Part shown: in pieces, positions 1 through 9,753 of the stretch
Layout of the letters: the number at the start of each line of letters is the position of its first letter
How positions within the stretch are numbered: position 1 is the stretch's first letter
Translations under genes and position numbers: made by a program
From: a virus
Taxonomy: Duplodnaviria > Caudoviricetes
Strand: one strand, 5' to 3'
DNA: 59,205 bases
IMG/VR virus record: IMGVR_UViG_3300036939_000018
Location: 1-59,205 of that record
The notes under the pieces: model-generated
The model's database searches: none
Seen by the model: the letters and a program-made list of their open reading frames with translations, nothing else
What the model was told of the DNA's origin: nothing

Positions 1-2
1 GC

Positions 3-395
3 AAGTCGAAGAAAGATGATCAGCTAATTCTTGCTCAGCGTGGTGAAGGTATTCTCACTCATGCTGGAATGCAAGCAATAGGAGGAGCCGCAGCACTCAA
101 CACAATCAATAAGGGCTATAGAGTCCCTAAATTTGCATCAGGTGGCGTCGTAAGTGGGGAGTATGGTACACGAGGGGCTGATGCTGTAGAAAGAGGCCAT
201 CAAGAAAGAGAGAACCGCTCAAACGAGCCGATTAAGGTAGAAAGCCAAGTTATCAATAACGTCGAATACGTCACGATGGATCAAGCCAAAATTCTAGCCA
301 ACGACGCAAGGAATCAAGGGGCTAGAGACGGGGCAAAGTTTGTCAGCAACAAAATGCAAAACTCACCATCTTTTAGAAATAGGATGAGGTTTTAA
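3..395 (+). CDS. Tail tape measure protein, C-terminal end (starts before window)
   Basis: Frame is open from the window start (KSKKDDQLILAQRGEGILT...). Contains the FASGGVV motif and a C-terminus typical of tape measure proteins. Confidence 0.75.
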   Translation, partial: KSKKDDQLILAQRGEGILTHAGMQAIGGAAALNTINKGYRVPKFASGGVVSGEYGTRGADAVERGHQERENRSNEPIKVESQVINNVEYVTMDQAKILANDARNQGARDGAKFVSNKMQNSPSFRNRMRF

Positions 396-637
396 TTATA
401 AAAGATAAGAGAAGAAACAATTCAATTAAACTTGCAACCACTACTGTAAGCAATACAGAATATGTGACGATACAACAGCTTATGCAAGCCGTGAATGAAG
501 CAAGAAGAAAAGGAGGAAAAATGAGCAAAAATAAAAACAGTGACGAGTCTGTAGAAAAAGCTTTAAAACTAGTCACTAGTTGGCTTGATATGTCTGACAA
601 TTATGATGCAGTAAATTATCCAGAAATTGAGCAAGGA

Positions 638-1987
638 CTACTGAACAACAGGTTTAATGGCTCCGATTCTTGCAAGAGCTAATTTGTAATATTCTTCTTC
701 TCGTTCTATGCCTATATAGTTTTTCTTTTCTCTTATACAGGCCAATGCGGTTGTGCCACTACCAACAAAAGGATCTAATACAATTCCATTTTCTGGACAA
801 ACTAAGCGAACTAAGTAGCTTATAAGATTGGTTGGCTTGACTGTAATGTGAGTATTTTCTACTTTGCCATTACAGGTGCGATCGCTTTGTGAAGCTTTAG
901 GGTGATATATAAAGGGTACTTCAGGAGATAGATTAAGGAAGAAACGAGAAGCGTTAGCGGTACCGTCTCCGTCGTTTAGATGCATCGCATCAACATGAAA
1001 ATCGGTTTTTGTACCCAGTTGAAATAAGTTTTTATCGCTAGAAGGTGTTACGTGTACAGTGCTTCCACCTCTACTCTTACCTGCTCTCATTTCTGCTGTT
1101 TGTTCATCCAATAAGCGGACAGGACATGACTCTATGCATTGATAGGCAGTTATTAATTTTGTTCCACATTTTACGCAGTCAGGGGTATGAGACAGGATGA
1201 CGTTAGCAGGATATCTGCCTTGCGCTGTAGCAGTGTGAGGATAAGTGATTGGATTACCTAATCCCCATTGATAAATTCCATCACAACCTTTGTGGTTGGT
1301 ATTATTCCATCTAAGATGTTGATCTTCTACAGAAACCATTGATCTGCAATCATCAATATTTATGTTTTCTCTCTTTCCTGGCTTATAACAAAATAATATT
1401 GGTTCATGTGCAGGTTTAAGCATTTTCTTGCTTTTTGGGAATCCAGATCCAAACAACCAAGAGATGCTTTCTGAAATCTCAAAACCAGCTAATCTTAAAC
1501 TCAGCCCCATTAAATCAATAGTTCTGGTGCCAGCAAAGACTAAAGCATATCCACCCGGTTTTAGCACTCTGTAAACTTCACGCCATATTTTGGGGCTAGG
1601 CATAATATCCCAGTTTTTGCCCATGAAACCATTAGAATGATGCTCAGTTCCATCTTCTCCAAACATCCAGGCAGTGATTAATTTAGTGATGTCTTTAACC
1701 TTGCCTAAAGAATAAGGAGGATCTGTTACAACACAATCAATAAAGTTATCAGGCAAGGTTTTTAATACTTCATAACAATCACCAAGTAATACTTGATTGA
1801 TAGGCAACAAAGAACCGTACTGCTTGATCTGTTCTATTTGCTTATCTATTTCTTCTATCTGAGATTTAATATCTGCTATTTTCTGAGAAAAGAAATTATC
1901 AGTATTGACATTTTGATAACAATTAGGCATAGTTAAGAAAAGCGAGTAAGGTTTGATTATGTCTAAGCAAAAATGGGGAAAAGGCAC
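638..1987 (-). CDS. DNA methyltransferase, N4-C/N6-A beta class (start uncertain)
   Basis: DPPY catalytic motif near the N-terminus; HITVKP and DPFVGSGTT SAM-binding motif at the C-terminus. Confidence 0.9.
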   Translation of the reverse strand: MPFPHFCLDIIKPYSLFLTMPNCYQNVNTDNFFSQKIADIKSQIEEIDKQIEQIKQYGSLLPINQVLLGDCYEVLKTLPDNFIDCVVTDPPYSLGKVKDITKLITAWMFGEDGTEHHSNGFMGKNWDIMPSPKIWREVYRVLKPGGYALVFAGTRTIDLMGLSLRLAGFEISESISWLFGSGFPKSKKMLKPAHEPILFCYKPGKRENINIDDCRSMVSVEDQHLRWNNTNHKGCDGIYQWGLGNPITYPHTATAQGRYPANVILSHTPDCVKCGTKLITAYQCIESCPVRLLDEQTAEMRAGKSRGGSTVHVTPSSDKNLFQLGTKTDFHVDAMHLNDGDGTANASRFFLNLSPEVPFIYHPKASQSDRTCNGKVENTHITVKPTNLISYLVRLVCPENGIVLDPFVGSGTTALACIREKKNYIGIEREEEYYKLALARIGAIKPVVQ

Positions 1988-2279
1988 TGTTGCTATAAAA
2001 AGAATGCAACATGTAGATGGAAAGCTTCAGTATGTTCCTCATGAAGTGCAGTGCATAAAAAGAGGGATATGGGCGATTCATAAGGGCTTAGGATACATTA
2101 TTACCCATGCCCCCAGTGGAATGAAATTTACTGAACTAAGAACTCAGCGTGATTGCAAGGCCCTTGTTGATGAGATTAGCTTTATTGAATGGGTCGATAC
2201 TCCGAATACAATGCCGCACTTTGCACATCTTGAAGCCGCTAAGCCTATTTTACAAAAATATGTAGCTCAGATGAGATAA
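1959..2279 (+). CDS. Hypothetical early protein
   Basis: ORF downstream of a TTGACA promoter carrying the operator motif (1905-1920) and the AAGCGAG leader. Confidence 0.7.
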   Translation: MSKQKWGKGTVAIKRMQHVDGKLQYVPHEVQCIKRGIWAIHKGLGYIITHAPSGMKFTELRTQRDCKALVDEISFIEWVDTPNTMPHFAHLEAAKPILQKYVAQMR

Positions 2280-2340
2280 CCCCCTCTAAGACTTAAATAA
2301 TTCAAAATAAGAGGATAGAACGTTCTATCCTCTTATTTTT

Positions 2341-2745
2341 ATGGCAATTCTAATATTTCCAGCGATCGCTCCTAACTACCTTAAAGAAATAAGCTTGCCG
2401 GACTATGGGATGCTTAGCCGCGAGTTTGAAGACGGTGGCGAACGTCGTATTAGCGCACAGTTCAACGGTTCTGATACAGGCTTAATCCTTGAATACCAGC
2501 TTCGCACCCACACAGAGTCCGCCACTATTATCGAATTTTGGGCACTTACAAAAGGAACCTGGCTTTCATTCACGTTACCTTCTGTGATAATACAGCATCC
2601 AGTAAATGTTGTAACAGCTATCAATTTGTTAAGCAATACTACTTATTGGCGTTTTGAAGAGGGGCTGAGCATTAAGACAGACTATGCAACAGCGCAACGT
2701 GGTTTATACTCATTTGACGTGAGTTTGCGAGCTGTGGTGAGCTGA
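2341..2745 (+). CDS. Minor/distal tail protein (lambda gpM/Dit-like)
   Basis: 134 aa with a FEDGGERR ... FW ... G ... FTLP pattern. Follows the tape measure gene. Clear paralog of the C-terminal ~130 aa of 52906-56100. Confidence 0.65.
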   Translation: MAILIFPAIAPNYLKEISLPDYGMLSREFEDGGERRISAQFNGSDTGLILEYQLRTHTESATIIEFWALTKGTWLSFTLPSVIIQHPVNVVTAINLLSNTTYWRFEEGLSIKTDYATAQRGLYSFDVSLRAVVS

Positions 2746-2859
2746 GGATCTGGTGCTGTATCATTGTGATGATAGGATCGCTCAAACGTATACTGGCTAA
2801 GGTTTTGAGCAAGCGTTAAACCCTGCTTATATACAAGAAACAACAGGTTGTCTTAACGC
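2744..2859 (+). repeat. Dispersed tripartite element, copy 1 (short class)
   Basis: GAGGATC 2744; core GCGTTA 2813 to TAACGC 2859 (47 bp); overlaps the stop codon of 2341-2745. Confidence 0.9.
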
Positions 2860-2905
2860 AAAAAAACAGGCTCTTATAATAAGAGCCTGTTGCAACATTA
2901 TATTT

Positions 2906-3196
2906 TTAGATACCGAGTTCTTTGCGCCATTCTTGCCAAGACTTACCTAATAATCCAGGCGGAATAATATCTACTTCAGTATCAAAGCCATAAAATGAGA
3001 CTTCTCCTAAAAAGTAAATTGCAGCGTCAGTAGGTCTTAAAAATGGCTCGTATCTCACTTCGATCGAGTTCTTTACTCCGTTTGATATATCAGCCTCTCT
3101 TCCTCTTATTTGATTTTTAACTACAGCTTGGGCTATGTATTCCCATTCTTCTTGTGGAATCGTACTGTAGTTGCGATCGTTGTATGTGATTTGCAT
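2906..3196 (-). CDS. Hypothetical early protein
   Basis: ORF with operator-bearing promoter at 3241-3256 (-) and terminator hairpin near 2860-2892; lies between element copies 1 and 2. Confidence 0.7.
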   Translation of the reverse strand: MQITYNDRNYSTIPQEEWEYIAQAVVKNQIRGREADISNGVKNSIEVRYEPFLRPTDAAIYFLGEVSFYGFDTEVDIIPPGLLGKSWQEWRKELGI

Positions 3197-3264
3197 GGCC
3201 TTATCTTTTTTAAGATTTGCTTCTTGAGCATAATCTGGTTGTTATACAAACGTCAAGCTTACAA

Positions 3265-3380
3265 GAGGATCTAGGCTTTGAACATACCCAGGATAAAACA
3301 CCTGTAACCATTGCTACATAAGTATTTCAGCGCGCGTTAAACCTTCTCATATACTCAAATCAACCTCGCAAACCTAACGC
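3265..3380 (+). repeat. Dispersed element copy 2 (short class)
   Basis: GAGGATC 3265; core 3334-3380. Confidence 0.9.
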
Positions 3381-3446
3381 CGACAAGTAAGCTGTTATGC
3401 GTTATAAAGCGTCACAAGAAAAACTTTAGACCGTCTTGTTTTTGCA

Positions 3447-3562
3447 AAGGATCTTGCCTATTATCATGAGGATGCTAATCACGCTCAAATGCTTGCATCA
3501 TAAGGATTACAACCAGCGTTATATCCTCCTTTTATACAAGAAACACACCCTAGGGTTAACGC
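3447..3562 (+). repeat. Dispersed element copy 3 (short class)
   Basis: AAGGATC 3447; core 3516-3562. Confidence 0.9.
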
Positions 3563-3631
3563 CGTTAAGTTGCCTAAAAGTACCATTAGAAGGTATGCTA
3601 TGATTTGACCTATAGCACCATAATTTAGACC

Positions 3632-3874
3632 ATGCCCGATATTACAACAGACAATATGGAGCGAATCGCATACCATGTCCCTGCACCGCTCTTAGAAGAG
3701 GCTAGACAGATGTGCGAGCTAGAAGGATGGAAGTTTAGCGAATTCCACCGGATGTGCTGGGAAGCAGGCTTAGCAGTACAGGCTGAGAAGTCTAACAAGA
3801 GACTTGTCAACAAAGGTTTAAGAGCCAAGCATCAAGCTAAGAAAAATCCGGACATTGATAGCCCGGATCAGTAG
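3632..3874 (+). CDS. Small ribbon-helix-helix-like DNA-binding protein (putative)
   Basis: ERIAYHVPAPLLEEARQMCELEGWKFSEFHR fits a beta-alpha-alpha (CopG/Arc-like) pattern. Confidence 0.5.
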   Translation: MPDITTDNMERIAYHVPAPLLEEARQMCELEGWKFSEFHRMCWEAGLAVQAEKSNKRLVNKGLRAKHQAKKNPDIDSPDQ

Positions 3875-3890
3875 ACATAACGCGAGAAAC

Positions 3891-4852
3891 TTAGTGAGTA
3901 GAACTGCTTAGCTCAGCTTTGTACTGCTCTATAGAACCTAAACCTGCCAAGCCAGCAAAAATTGATCCAGGATTGCTGGCTTTTTTAGTGGAAACTTGCT
4001 CTCGTTCTTTTTGTCCACTTGCTCGTCTCAAGTTCTCAACGTACAGTCTTACGTCTTTAGGCTTGCCACCAAAGGCTAGTCCCACTGCTTGATATAGTGA
4101 GAGAGTTTCGCGAGCTTGTTGCTGGCTGTATGCGATTACAAGCTGTTGAAATTCCCAGTGTGGTAAATCTAGCGCCTCAGAACGACTAAGTCCGTAGACG
4201 GCTCTTAGAGCGGGTAACGAGTCCCTTACGTTGCAGATGTACTCACGAGTTGCTTGGCGTTGTTCTCGGATGCTGGTAAAGCCTCTACGGTTGTGGCGGC
4301 GGGGGCTAGTTCCAAAGGGGCGTTTTCTTCCTCTTCTGGATAGTCTTGATCCGCTTGCTCAGCTGTTTCAGCTTCAACAGGCTGCATTGCTTCACGAATC
4401 TTATTTGCAAGTGTATTGACAAAAAGTGCCATAGGGACTTGTTTTCTTGGATTCCGCTTAGCTAATTCATCTTTGAGAATTTTAAGCAGAGAACCCGGTT
4501 CAAGTTCGCTTAACGCTTCGAGATATTGGCAATTAAGAGGTAATAACTCCTCTAATTTGTTGGCCATCTGCTCAGTTAGGCTATTTAATTGTCGCTGAAG
4601 AGAAGAGTCGATGTCGGTGCGATCGCTAAGCTCGTTTATCTTCTCAAGAATTGCTGAATATTGCCGACCCACTACCATCTGTTCAACTTGAACAGAAACG
4701 AATCTTAGATGATGACGTTCGCTAATGTGATCAGGCTTCCAGAACTCTAATATAGAGTCTCCAATCGAATAAGTTACAAGTGGCTCAACGTCACCCAAAA
4801 CTTCTTCTAATATGTCTCTGATTGGCTTTAATTTAATAGCTGAATCCGGCAT
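3891..4852 (-). CDS. Tail assembly chaperone GT-like (-1 frameshift fusion)
   Basis: In-frame slippery heptamer C CCT TTG (4319-4313, minus strand). The -1 frame stays open into ORF 4085-3891. Located just after the tail tube gene. Confidence 0.8.
4226..4852 (-). CDS. Tail assembly chaperone G-like
   Basis: Follows the tail tube gene; acidic C-terminus; contains the frameshift site. Confidence 0.75.
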   Translation of the reverse strand: MPDSAIKLKPIRDILEEVLGDVEPLVTYSIGDSILEFWKPDHISERHHLRFVSVQVEQMVVGRQYSAILEKINELSDRTDIDSSLQRQLNSLTEQMANKLEELLPLNCQYLEALSELEPGSLLKILKDELAKRNPRKQVPMALFVNTLANKIREAMQPVEAETAEQADQDYPEEEENAPLELAPAATTVEALPASENNAKQLVSTSAT

Positions 4853-4912
4853 TTGTTATGTCTGAATAAAGAATAGAAAACTACTAGGGGAGCTAATAGC
4901 TCCCCCTAAAGA

Positions 4913-5476
4913 TTAAGGTGTTACAACCGGAACACCAAGACCAACGGCTGTTCCCGTTGCAGTAGCATCACCACGTAACACTTTGTAACGAGTCACCGGA
5001 TCGGGATAAGCAACGATTCGCATAGTATAAGCTGTTTGTGTTTCCCGACCAAAAGCCAGAGACATCTCAACCTCAAAACCAGCGTTTAAAAAGGTGTACC
5101 AGTTATCAGTGTTGGTTGTAGGAAGCAACCCCTCATAAAGCTTGATCAACACTTTGTCTTTAGGCACGCGCAACCCTGTCAGGTCGCCATATTCTAACTT
5201 ACGCTTAGTTGGTGTCGTAGTATCAATTGTGTAGCGACCGGGGTTAGTTGCACGTCTGAAAAAGTCAAAACCAACGTCACCAATTGAGAGTTCTAGATTC
5301 GCCTCAAAGCCTGTAAAAGACTTGTCAATGGGTGCGCCTGACTCTTGAGACATGTGGTCAGCCATCATGTCATTCATGGTAAGCGTGGCATCCTCTAATT
5401 GATGCTCACGGGCAATAATGAACTCAGTTGCACCTGTACCAATGGTGATGTGTAATGGGCCGATGTGTGTAGGCAC
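4913..5476 (-). CDS. Major tail tube protein (putative)
   Basis: 187 aa, beta-rich, between tail completion genes and frameshifted chaperones. Confidence 0.7.
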   Translation of the reverse strand: MPTHIGPLHITIGTGATEFIIAREHQLEDATLTMNDMMADHMSQESGAPIDKSFTGFEANLELSIGDVGFDFFRRATNPGRYTIDTTTPTKRKLEYGDLTGLRVPKDKVLIKLYEGLLPTTNTDNWYTFLNAGFEVEMSLAFGRETQTAYTMRIVAYPDPVTRYKVLRGDATATGTAVGLGVPVVTP

Positions 5477-5567
5477 TGTTTTGAAGGTTCCTATATAATG
5501 GGATTATCGTTTTACTCGCTTTTATCTGGTTGAGAGTTTAATTCTCTTGACCTTTTTTATATAATTT

Positions 5568-5996
5568 TTATCGACTTAAATGAAATTTATAAGTAATTGA
5601 ACCAAAATAAAGATTAATATCCTCGTTGAATAAAGATTCTATTCTTTGGTCTGGGTTAATAAATTGTAAATGCTGATCAATCATTTGAAAGCGGTCAGGT
5701 GTCCAAGATTCAAGAACTTCTATGAGCTTTTGAATAGAGTCATCACAAGAAGCTTCGCGGGTTGCATAGGCAGTGAATCTTATTGTTGGTGCTGATATAT
5801 GGCGAGTAAGTTTCTCTCCAAACCCATAATTGTTAGTAGGAGTTAGTACTATTCGGGTTTTCCCATTTTGAATTTCACTCGATTTTTTGGGATGCTGTTG
5901 AGAAAAGTTTATAGATTCTGTGAGTCCTGAGTTAAGAGAGAGATAGTCCCATAGGGCGGCTTTAAATATGCGAGTATCCGGATACAAGCTAATCAC
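5568..5996 (-). CDS. Tail terminator/completion protein (putative)
   Basis: Synteny and size (142 aa). Confidence 0.5.
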   Translation of the reverse strand: MISLYPDTRIFKAALWDYLSLNSGLTESINFSQQHPKKSSEIQNGKTRIVLTPTNNYGFGEKLTRHISAPTIRFTAYATREASCDDSIQKLIEVLESWTPDRFQMIDQHLQFINPDQRIESLFNEDINLYFGSITYKFHLSR

Positions 5997-6330
5997 TTAA
6001 GCTCCTCCCTATAGCTCGCGCTATTTCTGGTGCAACTTCCTCTATGTAATTGGTACGATTATTTACCCAGATGGCATAAGTAACGTCTTTTTTTACATTT
6101 TGTTCTCGTAGAATTCCCTTGATACTTAACCCCCCTGCTATAACTCCGCACCTTATAGCCGATTGAGTTATAGAGATGCTCATGGGTCTTGTTGTTTTCC
6201 AAAGGCGCTTAGTGTCTACTGGGGTATTGTTTCTTAGAATCTCAGCACCATCTGTACAGCCTTTATGGAGCTTTAATCCAAGGTTGATTTTAAGAGCATT
6301 AATACCATTCTTATTCAGCGTTACTGACAT
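5989..6330 (-). CDS. HK97 gp10-like neck/tail completion protein
   Basis: TPVDTKRLWKT and YAIWV motifs. Confidence 0.7.
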   Translation of the reverse strand: MSVTLNKNGINALKINLGLKLHKGCTDGAEILRNNTPVDTKRLWKTTRPMSISITQSAIRCGVIAGGLSIKGILREQNVKKDVTYAIWVNNRTNYIEEVAPEIARAIGRSLSD

Positions 6331-6496
6331 GACTACTTTGAGAAATTGTTTTTGCTGCTGCTACCCAATAACTTTTGATATTCTCAGGTAAGTTATCCCA
6401 GACTGGCATGGGCAACCCCTGATAGTTTTTCCATTGAGCTTTATCTCCATATGCCTGATAGCCTTCTTTGGCTAATTCCAGATACCTGTCTTCCAT
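6311..6496 (-). CDS. Small hypothetical protein
   Basis: 61 aa ORF within the neck operon. Confidence 0.55.
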   Translation of the reverse strand: MEDRYLELAKEGYQAYGDKAQWKNYQGLPMPVWDNLPENIKSYWVAAAKTISQSSHVSNAE

Positions 6497-6512
6497 GATT
6501 AATATTTTCTTC

Positions 6513-6983
6513 TTAATTGTTATTGATATTTTCGACGTCTACTAAAATTGTGTGGTCACTATTGTCTGCTACTTCAAAAGGGACATTTTGAGAAGTGTCT
6601 ATGGTTATCCTGTAGCGGTTACTGTGTTTTCTGTCTACTTGCTCTAATATTCCTTTAATTATCTTATTGTTCCAATTGTCTATTACTGCATAAGCTCCAA
6701 GTTGTAAAGATTCTTCTGAAATATTACCGTCTATAGTGCATTTCCAAAAAGAATAATTAGAAAGACCTAACGGATCACTTTCTGATGCCATGCCTCTGGT
6801 TTGAAGCTTAATACTTACACATTCAGTATTAAGTAGAAGGTCTGGAATAATTACGGTAGGCAAGTCGTAAGGATTGTTTGTGTCAAGTTCAGGAATAACA
6901 AAAACTCTGAGTCGTCCTGATGAACCAGAACCAGCAAAAGCTTTAAAAATTGAAACACAATCAATTTTTCCGACATCAAGCAT
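6513..6983 (-). CDS. Head closure/neck protein (putative)
   Basis: Synteny; overlaps the upstream adaptor gene. Confidence 0.45.
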   Translation of the reverse strand: MLDVGKIDCVSIFKAFAGSGSSGRLRVFVIPELDTNNPYDLPTVIIPDLLLNTECVSIKLQTRGMASESDPLGLSNYSFWKCTIDGNISEESLQLGAYAVIDNWNNKIIKGILEQVDRKHSNRYRITIDTSQNVPFEVADNSDHTILVDVENINNN

Positions 6984-7371
6984 AAGTAAAAGGGATTATT
7001 AATTTATGCTTTAATGCTTCTAGCTGTTGACCATAGACAGTAGAACCTAAATCACTGTTGCTAGAAGACTCAATTGCACTACCTACAGGCAAAGGTGTTG
7101 TATTGAATTCCACTAAAATATCATCTTGGATTTCTATTCGCTTAACGTCCCCTGGTTTAAACCCCAGAGTCTCTACTGATGTGTTCGTTGTTTTCTTGGT
7201 TGAACTTAATGCTAAAAAGTGAGCAGTCAACAGACCCATAGCTTCTTCTTGATGTATTCCATAAATTGAAAAATCTATATGATTAAATGCTCTATTTAGG
7301 TGATATTGTACTTTCGCTTGTGCAACATCAGAAAACTCATCATAGACTGCTATAAATGTTTGATAGTCCAT
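6976..7371 (-). CDS. Head-tail adaptor (DUF4054-like)
   Basis: F..YDEF, GLLTAHFLAL and STVYGQQ motifs. Confidence 0.75.
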   Translation of the reverse strand: MDYQTFIAVYDEFSDVAQAKVQYHLNRAFNHIDFSIYGIHQEEAMGLLTAHFLALSSTKKTTNTSVETLGFKPGDVKRIEIQDDILVEFNTTPLPVGSAIESSSNSDLGSTVYGQQLEALKHKLIIPFTYA

Positions 7372-7901
7372 TAGCTAGTTCTCTTAGCTAGTTCTTTTTC
7401 AAGAAAGACTTTCCTTTCATTGGATGTCCTAATGACTTCGGGTCTGTTCTCTCCTTTCATCCATTCATCTATCCATGCTATAGCTGTAGTTGCTTTTACT
7501 AATTTAATAGCTTCAGCACTAGTAAAGTTGCTATAACTTGGATAATCAGACTCAATGGTAGATGTTGCAGCAACATCAATGCTTAAGCCAACAAGAGCTT
7601 TTACAATCGGCATCTTTAAAGCTCGTTGCCAATCCGACCACAATATCTGAATGTTTGCGCCAGGTCGTAACTCAATCCAGTCAGGCGAGTTATAGCTGTT
7701 ATTACCCAAACTTTCAGGAGGTAACATTATCTGCCTTTGATAAGTTGGCAAAGGTTTTCTAAACTCTTGTGAATCTACATCTTCAATATCTTCTAGCTGT
7801 TGTTGCTCTTTTTTAGGGCGATAGACAATAGCAACCCAGTAAGGAGAAGGCGGAGCAACTTGTTCTAGAATAGCCGTTGTTTTTGCGTTAGTCTCTGGCA
7901 T
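7371..7901 (-). CDS. Hypothetical virion-associated protein
   Basis: Directly downstream of the major capsid gene. Confidence 0.6.
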   Translation of the reverse strand: MPETNAKTTAILEQVAPPSPYWVAIVYRPKKEQQQLEDIEDVDSQEFRKPLPTYQRQIMLPPESLGNNSYNSPDWIELRPGANIQILWSDWQRALKMPIVKALVGLSIDVAATSTIESDYPSYSNFTSAEAIKLVKATTAIAWIDEWMKGENRPEVIRTSNERKVFLEKELAKRTS

Positions 7902-7905
7902 GAAA

Positions 7906-8898
7906 TTAGATTCCTTCTACTATTGCCATTTCCATTGGACGGGTGCAATGCACACCACCAAAACGGCTTACAGTGTGAACAACAAACTCAAGATTCTGCT
8001 GTTGTTCTGGCAAAACCGTATAAGGAATGGGGATGCTGATGTGAATAGTATCTTCATCATCAGGCAGAATTAGCATTACATCAGTTCCGCCTGTACCCTT
8101 ACCTTTGAGGTTATTGTCTGCAATGATTTGCGTGATGTAACCCATTTCTCGCTGACCCCCCAACCAAGTTTCAGCAATACTCATATCAGTATTGGCACGA
8201 GGGTTAAACAAATAATTGCGCTGAGTTGTAGGGAGTACAATCTTCTTAGGCATTGCCAACTCATTAGTAGTGTCTACTAACCTACTAACAAAACTATTGA
8301 GAGCACCTACAATCTGTTGATCATTGAAGGAATTGTCTATTGTTACGGGGCTTGTGAAGCGCTGCATAGGGATATTAAAAATCCCTGGTAAACCCACTGT
8401 GTCATCACCCAAGAACGAGGTGATGTTCACATACTTGTCATTAGCTTCTCTAGTCGCTGTTAAACGTTGTGACTGTAGAGGCTTGTTGAAAGCTCGCGCT
8501 TTATTGACTTCCTCCCAAGACCAACCTGTATGGTTTCCTATTGTCTTGATCGGATAGCGAGCACGGCGCGTTAGTGTCCCTACTCGTGGGCCACCCTTTG
8601 TGTAGTCAGAAATCAGAGCAGAGATACCAACCGTGTCATACTCCTCAATCTCAACATAATCCGCCCACGCTAAAGATGTATCAATGCGAATAGGAAGAAT
8701 GCTCCCGTTAGCCATTTTTAACGGTGCATAGCGCTTCTTGTAAGCTGTTGCTCGCTGAACAACTAGCTGTCGCCCTACAAACGCTAATGTATCAGCGTCA
8801 TAGTGTCCGGTGCTTGCACCGGAGTCTAGGCGATCAGGCAAGTTTAGAAGCTTATTTAGTTGATCAACATTTTCAGTGGGTGCGGTCAAGCCTGACAT
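7906..8898 (-). CDS. Major capsid protein (DUF2184-like, HK97 fold)
   Basis: 330 aa; WSWEE, GDDTVGLPGIFN and SRFGGV..RP motifs; head-module synteny. Confidence 0.85.
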   Translation of the reverse strand: MSGLTAPTENVDQLNKLLNLPDRLDSGASTGHYDADTLAFVGRQLVVQRATAYKKRYAPLKMANGSILPIRIDTSLAWADYVEIEEYDTVGISALISDYTKGGPRVGTLTRRARYPIKTIGNHTGWSWEEVNKARAFNKPLQSQRLTATREANDKYVNITSFLGDDTVGLPGIFNIPMQRFTSPVTIDNSFNDQQIVGALNSFVSRLVDTTNELAMPKKIVLPTTQRNYLFNPRANTDMSIAETWLGGQREMGYITQIIADNNLKGKGTGGTDVMLILPDDEDTIHISIPIPYTVLPEQQQNLEFVVHTVSRFGGVHCTRPMEMAIVEGI

Positions 8899-8927
8899 AG
8901 CGATTACTTCCTAAATATAAGTATTTA

Positions 8928-9734
8928 TTAGAAATTTAGAGCAACGATGCCAAGAGCACCAGCAGTGCCAGAGCTATCAAACCTTGCTCCCGTTAGCTGT
9001 AAAAATCCTGTAGCAGCACCAGCTCGCACCATTCCAGCGGTAGTACCACCAACTCCATAAAAGACAGTAGAAGATGGCGAGAAGTCAGTCAGAACGCGCA
9101 TCCAAACTCGACCTCTATTGAGTGAGTTAATCATTTCTCCAGGGTTTACACCATCTTCATCAGTCAGCCCTAAGCCTTCAATATTCGCATGGGCATCAGT
9201 CCGAACATTGACACATCTAGGGACATCTGTAGAAGCTTGAGGCAGTTTGCCCACACCAGCGGGGTCGGTTAATCCAGTTGCAATTACTCGACCAAAAGGA
9301 ATTCTTTTGGGATCGAGAGCGTCTTGTAATTTAGTTGCAGCAAAACCAGTTCCACCGCCTGACACTGTAACCTCAATCGCGTTAGCTGTACCAATTCCAC
9401 GAGCAGAAACAGTAATATCGGTGCCAATTGCTGCAACAGCTAAGCCGCGAATCATTGGATCATTGCTCAGAGCTGTAATGATTCCAGTTCTAATATCGCT
9501 TACTGTTGCACTAGTGCCACTTGTGAAAGTTGCCGAAATACCATTAACACTTACCGTGTAATCAGTATTTGATACTGCGGTGCCGACAGTAATAGAATAA
9601 ACAGCATTTTGTAAACCAGAACCATTCCTCAAGTTTGGAGTAACGTAATCATGAGGGAAGCTATCAACGAGCATCCCTTCAATGGCGTTAGGGCTGTAGA
9701 GTTCTGAAGGAGTGGAGAATCCAGTTAGATACAT
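8928..9734 (-). CDS. Head decoration/cement protein
   Basis: Between protease and capsid genes; IPFGRV and RGRVWM motifs; inserted Gly/Thr-rich domain. Confidence 0.7.
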   Translation of the reverse strand: MYLTGFSTPSELYSPNAIEGMLVDSFPHDYVTPNLRNGSGLQNAVYSITVGTAVSNTDYTVSVNGISATFTSGTSATVSDIRTGIITALSNDPMIRGLAVAAIGTDITVSARGIGTANAIEVTVSGGGTGFAATKLQDALDPKRIPFGRVIATGLTDPAGVGKLPQASTDVPRCVNVRTDAHANIEGLGLTDEDGVNPGEMINSLNRGRVWMRVLTDFSPSSTVFYGVGGTTAGMVRAGAATGFLQLTGARFDSSGTAGALGIVALNF

Positions 9735-9753
9735 TTTCTAAAAGTTCCTTATA

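Noticed and set aside
2813-2859. Core TATACT as a simple promoter -10 box
   Set aside because: Several copies (1, 14, 21) point directly into terminator hairpins or gene ends, and adjacent genes have separate promoters. Not fully excluded.
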